Positions 24,301 through 35,830 of a DNA stretch of 64,000 nucleotides are shown here, one piece after another. The stretch lies in contig NOWV01000282.1 in the NCBI GenBank assembly GCA_003344405.1, positions 1-64,000 of the forward strand, given 5' to 3'. This DNA is from Trichoplax sp. H2 (taxonomy: Eukaryota). Positions within the stretch are counted from its first letter, which is position 1. Each line of letters begins with the position of its first letter. The translations under genes and the position numbers were made by a program. Under the pieces are notes generated by a model, which was not told the origin of the DNA, searched no databases, and worked only from the letters and a program-made list of their open reading frames with translations.

Positions 24301-24852
24301 ACATCATTGGCAAATATTTATAAATATCTTGTAATAGTTCTGATCGAATTAATATCTATTGATATCAATTTAATGATTTTATTGTTTTCTGTATTACTAT
24401 TTATGTCATCGATCATGGGCAACTTATAATATAAAATAGTACCGCCGTCGTCGCTTTATAAGTTACACTTTCGACGTAATTAGCTTATGATCATATGCAT
24501 ACAAGATTAGTTAATATCTGTTGCTATCGATTTGCCAACTTCATTATTTTACGTATTACTACCTACGTAGCTTCATTTACAGATAAAATGTTTTAACTCT
24601 AGCCATAATATTGTAGATACTCTATGATGAAATCTCTTAAGGTTATTCAATTAAAACTTGTATACTAATAATTCTATTTATAAAATTCCTTTTCCATCAT
24701 CACCTACCTAATGAACTAATCATCCTATAGGGAAAGGTAGTCGGAAACTAAGAAATTATCTGATTTCTTATTCTCACTATATGTGATATTATCATAGTAA
24801 TCTAAATCATATCATAAATTTGATAACTTTCCTTACCTCTTCTTAGAAATAA
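21397..24852 (+). CDS. Secreted prepropeptide (~120 aa): signal peptide, acidic propiece and Arg/aromatic-rich C-terminal peptide ending GKK*, encoded by microexons; putative antimicrobial peptide precursor
   Basis: All exons are phase 0 and AG/GT-bounded: 21397-21597 (MKISILILVTLFCAVAWA...EPQDL), 22089-22106 (ETSDKA), 22254-22277 (AYYRRRRS), 22806-22826 (VIRRRRV), 23129-23146 (FRRRFL), 23449-23466 (YRRRFL), 23770-23787 (YRRRFL), 23930-23944 (YRRRW), 24089-24106 (YRRRRF), 24731-24736 (GK), 24847-24852 (K, TAA). All seven Arg-rich exons have GTAAGT donors. The last two exons are the least certain. Confidence 0.8.
22780..24470 (+). repeat. Tandem array of ~160-bp intron+microexon units, including three near-identical ~320-bp dimers (~22860-23830)
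   Basis: Exon or pseudo-exon starts at 22806, 22973, 23129, 23289, 23449, 23610, 23770, 23930, 24089, 24269 and 24440. Intronic blocks such as tatcaatattaaatctttctacttttt recur every ~320 bp. Confidence 0.9.
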
Positions 24853-27800
24853 ATGGAGAATTGGTTGGCGGGAAATACTCAAAAATAAGCTGACATGAAA
24901 ACGTTTAGGAATAAATCATAGTTTACTTAAGTTAGATATAGGTTGACATATCAAATTAATAAGCGTAGAATTAGGTGCTGCTAGTCTAATTGTAGCAGTC
25001 ACAGTTTTTTCGATGTCCAAGATCTATTTTTGAGTAGATTTAATTGCCGCAGAACTTTGAACTTTATGATTGGTTTACATTGAAATTTGTGATCTTGTTG
25101 TTGCTTAATTTAAAAGTACTGTCTTTGGTTATATTAATTATTTTATAAACGATAATGGTGTTTTAACAATAACATTTTCCGCAATTTCGTCATAAATTCA
25201 AGACCAATAAAATTAGGCATTCTAAACTTATTCCAAATTGAAAGCATTAGATTTTGTTAAAGTGTATCAGATCGCAACTGTAAAAAGTAGAAAGTAGCAT
25301 AATTCGTGTCACAGTGCGAACTACAAATGAAGAATTAAATGACTAAATTTGGTGAACTTAGCATTTATTCAGTAAATAGTGATTACAATTAGTTACTAAG
25401 AGTAGGAACCAACCAAGTTATAACCTGTTACAGTAAATTATACGCGCACATTTTACTGTAATAAAATTCTTATATCGTAATTGAATACAGTACAAGCTCT
25501 TATAGCTGTAATTTTGACTAATACTAGATTGTAGATGTCCTGAAACGACTCTGAGAATGAATATTCTGTAGTCCAATTATGTGAATCAGTCAGTAGATGT
25601 TCATATCGATTACGATTATTATAAGATGATTCATCAATGCTAGCTAGTGCCGATTGGTATATAAGCTCTGTAAATCGTTGCATAAAATCAGTTCTCTAGT
25701 TTTTTTAGTAGAAGCATAAGTGTCTTCAAGTTCTGGTGAGTAGTTAAGGGTTACTGAATCCATAAATTCTAAAAATTTTGAGATTTATTTTTAAGTAAAA
25801 CCTTTTAGCAAAGCTGATTTGTGATAATCTGACATGGATCTGAGTGGGAAAATCCTAATTTATTTTCTTATGTTCAATGTAATATATTCTATAGCGCAGC
25901 TGGTAATTCATAATGCTTGAAATATCTGCCAATATGCTTATATAAATGACATCATTCCACTGTATGTTATCAACTACAAATTTCTAGTTTACTGCAAGTA
26001 TTACAGCAGCCAGATGTAACGAGTAGTAGCCTGATTTATCGCATGAAACTATACTAATCATCACTAGAAATTATTTATTTAAACTGCCTTATGTATTTGG
26101 ATAAATTTTAGTGCTATACGAGTAATGCAAAGTTTTATTCAACTCTAAACCTTAAAGCCGCTAACTGCTGCAAAAGTACATAAAATAGGATATCAATTAG
26201 ATTTGCAAATTATAGGATAGTACATACATATATGACAATAATCTTAGAAAATTACCATGAATTTTACAACTATAAGAATGAACCAATCTAATATCTAACG
26301 CTGATTATTGGATGATTTCGTTTAGATTTCTCACTATCGGTAATCAATCATAACATTCACTAGAACAGCCAATATTGTATTACCTCTTGAAAGCAACAAT
26401 TTAAATAGTCAAGACTCTCACAATACTCCAAACGTACTCAGTCTTTATATCAGAAAATACGACTAGATATCAAATAAATTGCTAACTGAGAACTTTGTTT
26501 ATTAAAACTGGAATAGCTACGACAAGATCATTACCATCAATCTCGTTACTAAATCTATATCTCAAACTCAATCAAACTATACTCGAACTGATCTAAATTA
26601 AACGTGAGAAAAGCACTACCAGTACTTTACAGCATATCTGTGCTATTGTAATCTGTTTTATATTCATTATTTAATTAATTATAATATTATAATGCGCTTT
26701 GAGTAATCGATTAAAAATATGTTCTATTATACTACTATTACAGAATCATAGAAGAAAAAGTCGCTATTTATCATTTTTAAGATTTAATATAGCCAGTCAT
26801 ATTAAATCATAAAATAAAGTTAATTAAATCCTTCATATATGCTGGTAACAGACTACTTTGAGTAAACTGATCGAAGGGCGGCTCGGCCAACCATACTGCT
26901 TAGTCTACTAACCATCTGTTAGCTATTATACAATATGGTCAACAGCAATATCGGTATTAATGAGATTCAACGCTTTTCTAAGTTGATAATCTATTAAACA
27001 AGCGTTTAACGAATTATGACTACATAGCAATAGTAGTAATTATTTTAGGAAACCTTCATTTTATGGGTAGATAAGTATTTAAAATAGTACGGTAACAATG
27101 GCGATATGATAGGACTAATTTAATGTGTCTTAATTATTCTATCTTCGCAATAAGTATAGGTCTACGAACGATCCTTTCCCTCGTGATAGCAGCTTCTTAT
27201 ATCAATAAAATTTTAGTATAAACATAATATTTGCCTATAACATCGACTAATTATCGTCCTTAAATGATAATCCTTCTTTCCCAGGGGATTTTAAAGCTTT
27301 TTTCTGACTAGATTCCAGTATTTTTAGCAATTCAAATTTCATGCTATCACACCCAAATTATAAAAAAGAAGCACTAGAATAAGGTAGAAACGTTACTCAT
27401 CAAATTAATAGCTTACGCAGTACTCAATTTGATGATATGTAAAATAAAAGCGAAATCCTAGTACTCCAAAGGCTGTAAATTGGCACAATAAGACCGAACC
27501 ACTAGAATATGCACTGGTCAATTGTACAAACTTTCAGCTTTCCGAATGCCACCGCATAAAGTACGCAGTAACAGAGTCTAAATAATATCGTAGATCAAAG
27601 AATTTAAATTTTATTACCCTGGCTGACTGTCGCTATGATCAAACAAATCTATAGAAAAAAATATTATTACTGATAATAAAATCTTTAATCTATAATGAGT
27701 TGAAATATTCTGATTACGGTATTAGTAGCAAAAGTTTTGCAATAATGATTGACAAAGACTTTTATTACGTAGATTAATATGGCCTTATTTAAGGATAAAA

Positions 27801-30769
27801 ATTTTCCTTTCGCGGAGATCAAGTAAAATATAAAGTTTAGGAGTTTAATTTATCGTATAGGGCACATTACTAATTATAGAATATTAATTATTGCATACCA
27901 TTATTTAATATTAACAAATTCTCCGCTAGACCCTTACTATTGATAAAATGGAATAGAAATTTTGAAGTCTTAGTCTATGAATTAACTTTCATCCTGTATC
28001 GAAAAAAGATAAGGAAATTTGTATAATAGTACCTTAATTGAAACTTTTAAGTCTTGCTTGCTAAGTATTATTTATAGTTCTTTAGTTATAAAATATGCAT
28101 GGCATGACTTAGACTGATATTTGTAGACGAGCTCACTGTATTTAAACGCTCTACTCGTCAAAGCTATAAGAAAATAATCCGGTAGATTTTGTAGTGGATA
28201 AGCAATATAATTATTGATTGCAAATGGAGCTCTTTTCAATACATTATAAGATTTGTATCACTTCCTTCTCTTAACGACAGAAATATAGCTAAGTACTTTT
28301 AAGTACATTTTAAAACAGCATGTTAGTAAATCTATCTACGTGATGCAATGATTTAAGATTTTATTGTACTAATAAATTTAACTTACAAGTATATTAGACT
28401 TTATTCGATTTTAGAATAGCATTAGTAAACTATCATCGACTTATTTATATATTCCACACAGGTATTACCTTATCTTTAGATATATATATATGTCCCTGCA
28501 TATACACGGTATACATTATATATATATAGCACGTATATTTACAGAATCTAAATGAAGTAATGTGATAATAAAATTAATTTATTATTGTCACACCAATCAA
28601 AATAAAAAACTTAATAAAACCTAAGTGGATATACCGTATCAAATTAAAAGCAAACTGTAGCAATATACTCTAGATTGTTCCATTAGTTTACTCATTTTAT
28701 ACTAACGAAAATGAGCAGCAATGGCTGTTGTCGATACAGAACTTTTTCTCTCGAAAGATACATCAACGAATTCAATTTTGACATTTCATGTTATAGAAAC
28801 AATATACCGGTATATTATCAACACATAAACAAGTATATATTAGTAGAGTCTATACTTAATGTCACAAAAGAATGGATAACAATGAAGTTTAATTATGACT
28901 GTCATAAAAAAAACGGCTAATAATGATGCATAGGTATCAACCTATTAAAGATTATTACAAATACAAATATACTATATTTTTAAATTCATGAACGATAAAT
29001 CATTCCCAATCATACCTTATTAGATAATAGATTGCATTCAAATGATAAAGATGATTACTTCTCAAATTATAAGATAAAATAAGATTAAATTAATGACAGT
29101 TAAAAATGTTTCTCCTGTCTTAAATGGATACGTATATTACATAGATTAAGATATCCAGATGGCATAATTAACAATTAATAATTTCAAGAATGAGCTATAT
29201 AATAATATGAAATTAAGCAAATACTATAATTGTCATGATAATCTACAGGATAGAATTCTATTAAATGTCATAAAATATTAATACCATTATAATTCATTGT
29301 AGCTTTAATCGATAGGTCCCGCTAACGGTTACAATGCGAATACAAAAAATGGTAACCATGATAATTATTTATTGGGATCGATAAGATGCTCCTAGCATAT
29401 TCTATAATTCTAATGGCTTGAATATCATCAAATGGCCATGCTTACATAAAAGTATCATATAGTAGCGTCTAATTTGAATAAAGCGGAGCGAGAAATTTAT
29501 CGTGGCTAGTATTTTGCATTGATCTATATGACTTTCTTATTTTGATTTTTATCTCGTCAGCAATTATATCCATGAATGGAATAATGCATTATTGATTGCT
29601 ATCAATGAACACTTTCTCGCTATAGCTTAAGTAAAAATTATTAGATTAATTTAATAACAAGTGATATATATACAGCACAATATGAATTATCTTAGTTCAG
29701 AAAAGATGCAGTAACAGATAATTATACTGTCTTTTTCGGATAGTTTAACATTATGATTATTATTAGACTGATACTTTACGGCTAATTGTATTATTACTTC
29801 ACTCTTAATAGCAGTGAAAGAACCGTACACGTAAAAGATAGAACAGTAAATGAGATCAAACTCGAATAAGACAAAATTCATCTATAAATTCAGATCGGAT
29901 CTATCAAAGTTTCTTACGGATATAATATTGATTTTTGAAGACTTATAGAATGTTGATTTGCTAACCTGATTGATCAAAATCTTTTGAGCTATCATGACGT
30001 ACCAAAACCAATTGATTAATGAATTATTAAAGACTTTTCTTAAATTCTCATTTTTTAATGCTTGAATTAAAAATAAAATCACTTTATACATTGATATTTG
30101 CTGACAGCCTTCTTGCATCGATCGATTATATAATAGTGTTCTATTGATGCCATTTTTAAATTCTTGCCATTGATAGATATAATGATTCAATACCAATGTT
30201 GATAATATTTTTATTACCGTTGCCATAGGTGTTAGTGAAATGTGCCATGAGTAGACGCGATACATAGACAATAATCATATGGATGCCAAATTCAATCATT
30301 ACAATCCAATTTTTAATTTGAATATTAACCTTGGACTGGATGTATAATATTAAACAACTATAATAAGAACATCAAAATCTACATTACGAACGAAGCGTAG
30401 CGTCTTGAATAGAACTGCATCATAAATACTGGATTACGGTCATGATTTTGTGGCACAGAGACGATAATGGAAATGGATGCTCCTATAATATGTTGTTTGA
30501 TTAAATGATAATATTGAGATGACTGGCGAGAATACGATTTTTTGTTATAAATTGCAACTGGATTAGTTAGTTAACGTTATGAATGATTAGATATTGAGAA
30601 TAGCGTTAGCCTGTCTAATATTTTTTTTTTTACGCTAGATGGAACGGCGGCGTTTGTTTTTACGTATTGCGGTCTAAAAGTCTTCTCTGGCGTCTTCTTC
30701 TTCGATCTTATGAGTTGAAGAAGCAATTGGTTAATAATATTATATTAAAAATTTTCTCTTTAAGATACT

Positions 30770-32853
30770 TTATAACGATCTAACATCACTATAGTTATCT
30801 GATGAATCATAATCGTCATCGGCTAAGTGAACATTTTCTACCGTAATAGCTTGAAGCGTAACAGGTGGTCCACTCTGCAATGTTTCCGACGTTGAGGAGG
30901 CATTTTTGGAGATGGTTGATTTCTTTTTAAGCACCTTATGTTTAAACTTTTTACTTCGGAGCAAGAAAATAATTGGATTGGCAATATTACCAATGTAAGT
31001 TACCATTAAAAAGTTGTATTGAAAGACAAAGGCAAGTGCCGGCTCGGCGAAGTAGTCGTAGAGAGAGACTACACTATAAGGAATATAAGAGATCTGATAG
31101 GTAATAACAATAATACATAATGTCTTAGCCAAGGCAATTTCACGATTACGCCTTTCTTGTGACATTCCAGCTGCTTGAGTTTGCCGCCGCTGGCTATAAG
31201 TATTAACTCCATTAGCATTCTTGTTGATGATGTTTTTTTTATTCTTTTTAACACTGTTCATAACACGAAAACGACTTTGGCGTACTTCTAGGTAGATTTG
31301 ATGATAACTCCATCCGATAAATGTGGTTGGAATCATGACCACAAAGAGAATTAAGCAGATATAGTAAGAGGCAACCAAAGAACCTTGGCTATAATAGTAA
31401 AGTGCCGCACATACGCCAATATCCGGGAAATACGTATAACTACCCCATTCATCCAAAGCTTGTGGCAAGGAAAAAATTAACGGTAATAGCCAGTTTAATG
31501 ATACCAACACAAAAACGCCTCTCTTCTCTTTAATCAATTTCAGATAGCGAGGTTTAACGATAGCTAGGTAGCGTGTTATAGCTAATACAGTCATGCAATA
31601 GATATTGACAATGCCGAAATACAAGGGAACAGCAATTCCAAAGCGACAAATTGGAGTATTAGACGGATGAGCTAACTGGCCTAGATAGACTTTTAGCATA
31701 TCGGGAAAGATAAAGCAATAGCTATTATACGTGCCGATAAATTATTTCACCATAGGTGGTTGTTTAGAAGTAAAATAGCAAGGTGTGAAAGTGTTACCCC
31801 AATTGAACGATCATAGCGTTGAAACCAAAGAATTTATGGTAGGATAATATTGAAAAGAAAAGAGAGAAATTAGAATTATGGTAAGCCAAAATGATAAATT
31901 ATTTTTCGAAGGAAATTTTCTAAATATGAATAACATCCTGTCATTAATTAGACATAAATACTTAACAACTTGATCGATTCATCTTTTGATGAATAGATAT
32001 TAAAGGCTGAATAGTCATTAAATATGATTAACGTAATACGATTGAAAACGTATAATTATAAAGGTGACAACTAAGAGGTAAAATAAAGTATTTTTAAGTT
32101 TATGCTTGATAACAGTAAGAACTTTTATTCGGTAAATGACTTAACAAAACCAGAATCAAGGCTATTTTAAGCCTGATCGTTAGGTTAATTTTAGAAAGCA
32201 TCAAAAAAAAAATGTCGTACTATTAATGTTATTACTCTTTGCAATGTCCAGAAAGTAACTATACTTTTTCTTTCTTATTAATGAAAGTAACGTTGTAAAG
32301 CTACGGAAGAAACCGGCAATAAGATGCGAAAGATGGACTAATTTTACTTTAATAAGGGTTTATGATAACGTACGTAATAGCCGTTAAAAGTAACTCTGCT
32401 CCGTTAGTGACGCTTAAAGTTGATGATATCTTATGCTAGGATTAGCACTACTTTATGAAACAATCGTGAAAACTGGAAAGATATCGAATTTTTATTTCTA
32501 AATTCATTGGATTTATGTATTATCAACGTCCTTATTGAGTATACAGGTGCATCTAGTTTTAGTTTTTAGAGAAGCGTAACGAGTTAACCTCGATACGATC
32601 CAAAATCATCTTACCTAGCGATGCAATAAAGTCCATCGGATAGTGCCAAAATGAGTATCATAATATCACTTAGTTTCATGTTTTTTTTTATGGTGTAATA
32701 AGCTACCGCAGCATTACCAGGTGCTCCAATACAGACGAAAAACGTCTGTAAAATCATTAATACTAACGCATTTTCAGGAGTAAAATTAGATTTGAGCATT
32801 GAGCTATTGGTCATCACGCTCGGCGACGTGATTAATGATGTCGTTGTGTTCAT
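30770..32853 (-). CDS. Class A (rhodopsin-like) GPCR, 2 coding exons, ~396 aa
   Basis: Exon 1 is 32853-32615 (N-glycosylation sequons, TM1 GAPGN, TM2 LALSD) with a phase-2 intron AG|gtaag...atag|C. Exon 2 is 31721-30770 (TM3 Cys, AITRYLAIVKP as a DRY variant, TM4 W, TM6 SYIP, TM7 NPIIF). Confidence 0.9.
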
Positions 32854-34299
32854 TGTAATTTAATTTAATTAATCGCCGCTACAACTTCTTCTTTCAAAGA
32901 TGGTACAGAAATTAAGAAAAGATTTGGTTGATGCTATACAGTAATGGAGTCCAATGTGGAGAGACTTCCAAAAAAAGAAAAATTAAAACTATAATTTAAA
33001 CAGAATTCCGCAGGAAAAAATTTGTAGTAACGTTATCGACAAAGAAGATTGAAATAAGAAACGAATTGTCTAGAATGGCGGATATTGAAAGATGACAGCC
33101 GCTTTTAATATAGCCAGTATTTCCGTTGTAATTTTTAGTTGCCAAGTCGATTCAAATCAATACGCAATCAAATTAGCCAAATTGATAAAAATTAATGAAA
33201 TAAAATAACTAAAAATTAAAAATTTACTAGTCTGGTCTGATCAAAGTATTGGCCTAGTGGATAAGAACGGCGCTAGCGAGACAACCACTTTGAGAACAAC
33301 TAGTTGTATACTGATGGAGGCAAGTTATGAGTCACGCAAGAAAAAGGAGTGGGCAATTTTTTTCTTTTTCACCAAACTTCTGTATATTGTTTTATGTTGA
33401 TTTGTTAGTATCCGCTGAATTGATTAACGTAAAAATCATTTGCATCTGTTAGGATGATAATGTTGTTTCTATCTATTGTTTATTGATTCTACTATCCAAT
33501 TAGAAATAACAATATTGTACTAATTTCCAGTTAGCATTCTAATTGATAATTGTATGGCTAACCAGGGCTAAAGTTGTTATTATAAGATCTACGATAAGTC
33601 TTGAGTAGCAGTATGGATTATCGAGAGAAGTCAAGCATACCCAATGCAAGGTGATATAACCTTGATTCCTTGACAGTCTTAGAAAGAGTAATTCTATTTT
33701 CGATCAATGCTATCTATTCTTTTCATTTCAATAAAATTAGAAAAGAAGGCAATATTATCGTCTCTTGATCATGATTGATACAATTACGGATGCCTCATTA
33801 TAAATTATAGTCGTTTATTATTGTTTACTTGAGCTTTTCAACTAGTAAATCTCACTATGATCCAAAAATCCACCTTAAATTAAATCCAACCAATTTCAAT
33901 TTATCACCATCAATATGGTTGAACCGTATTTTCTTATAATATAACTTTATTGACACTAGACTGTAGTTATATTCAACCAACGAGTTGTTATAAGAAATTA
34001 TGCTGATGACAGCGATAGTCGATGATTGAAAATTATAATCATTATAATAATCGCTTATGACAACAGAGTAGATAAAAAGACATCCATTGGATACTGATCA
34101 CTCTCAGTGAAGGATCATTTTTAGCGATTCTAGTTACCACAGGGTGAATTTTAAAATCGATTGTTCTTTCACTTTTTCAACGTGAAACCCTTATTTTAAT
34201 TATCGTTGTAGCAGTTATTAATAAATGATTATAAAAGCTAGATTAATCCATCTATGATAGCATTCCAATAATTCTTAACTATGCATCTTAAATATCCTT

Positions 34300-35830
34300 A
34301 TCATATGATTAGACTTCCGTTGTGGACTTCCTTTGTTAATAAATTTTTATTTTTGTGCTCGCTTTAGTCGGAAGACAACAGCGTCGATACAACATCCACA
34401 TTCCAATTATTTCTCCATTGATTGATCAATTCGACTTGTTGATTAGTTGGTTAATCGATTGCATCAACTAACTAGCGTAAATGGCATTTTTAAATATAGA
34501 CAATACTATATCTTGTCGATTATCAAGGTAACATCTGCAATTACATGGAGAATAAAAAATGTGCTAACCATTTAAGTATTTTAACTAATGTGAGAAGAAT
34601 AAAACAATCAATCGATTGGATTTGAAAGTGTGGCCTACAAACAATATGATTGCCTTTAGTCGATTGCCAACAAGGATGATGACTTGATCACTTCATCATT
34701 CTCAGTCAATGATGCTATTTCGATCTCTTTAATCATCTTGATCGCCATCGTGTTATGAAATAATTAATATATATTGTCAACATCAATAGTTGACTTCGAT
34801 TGGCTTGCAATCTATTCAATTGTTATCAACAAAAAAGCCAAGAAGAAAATAGCCGCTGTTTGATGAAACAATAATAAATGCCTACCTGATCCATCATGCA
34901 ATAGTGGCATTGGAATTAATGAGGTCAAGGTGGTGAGATAGATATTTCAAATAACTCTTATTAATGACAACGAATGGGTTGAGTAAGAGAAACAATCATT
35001 TGCTTCAAGTATTGATTTATGAATTGCCTTCTCCTTATCTAAAGTATAATAAGCCCATTTCCTAAATTGATTAAGAATGAATTTTCGTTCTACATTATTA
35101 AGCAACAGTTTTATTCTCTTGCATCTATCCTTGAAAGTATCATTGATTGAATCCAATAGAAGAAATGACTGAATTTAAAGTGGCCATTGTCAATCCTATT
35201 AACGACTATGGCCTGTTACTGCTTCACCTTGTGTATCTTATGCATGATCAGTAAATTAAACATTTGACTTTCTACTGACTAGAACAATACAACATGATCA
35301 AGTAATGGACCATATTTTCTCTTCCATCAGCACGAATTATTCATCGATTATTTGTCCAACCTTTCAAAAAATGATAAATTCATTTAGTATTCGAGTATCT
35401 AAATTGAAAGGATGATTTTTATGCCACTAATGAATCAACGGTTATTCAAATTACTAACAATAAACTTTGATCATTTAAATTCAGTGTTGTGTTGGGCAAA
35501 TTTGAATTGAAATTCATTTTAAAGGAGGCATATTACAGGATGATATTTCAACTTTTTTTCTAATCGATATGTTACAAAAAAGTCTACCATGCAAGACGAT
35601 TGCTATTATTATCGGCTATCCAATGACGAGGCAACTGTCCAGCCAACGAAGTCGATGTTTTTTTTACCGTATCATTATATTGATATATTGATACCTATCA
35701 TCTGTGTACATTGTCAAAATATTTTTAATGTTGTACTTGATTATTTAACAACAAAGTCCGTGGACGTAGTAACAGATGGTTAATCCATTGATGGAAATAT
35801 TAAAATACTATTATGTCATCGTTGCATTGG
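34300..35830 (-). pseudogene. Possible decayed multi-exon gene
   Basis: Exon-like blocks with splice-like ends and protein-like stretches (e.g. KFILNQFRKWAYY, YFITRWRSR, FHQWINH) are interrupted by stops and frameshifts. No family was recognised. Confidence 0.25.

Noticed and set aside
24004..24429. 141-aa hydrophobic ORF
   Set aside because: It runs through AT-rich repeat introns of the microexon array, in a different frame from the spliced exons. Its I/L/F bias reflects base composition.
22780..24470. CRISPR-like array
   Set aside because: The context is eukaryotic, the long segments are themselves repeated, the short variable segments are splice-bounded exons, and there are no cas genes.
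25453..25763. Minus-strand 76-aa ORF and upstream frame
   Set aside because: Frames are discontinuous with no identifiable homology, so it cannot be supported as a gene or pseudogene.
29687..30271. Minus-strand ORFs of 129 and 64 aa downstream of the GPCR
   Set aside because: No recognisable motifs; probably 3' UTR or intergenic sequence.
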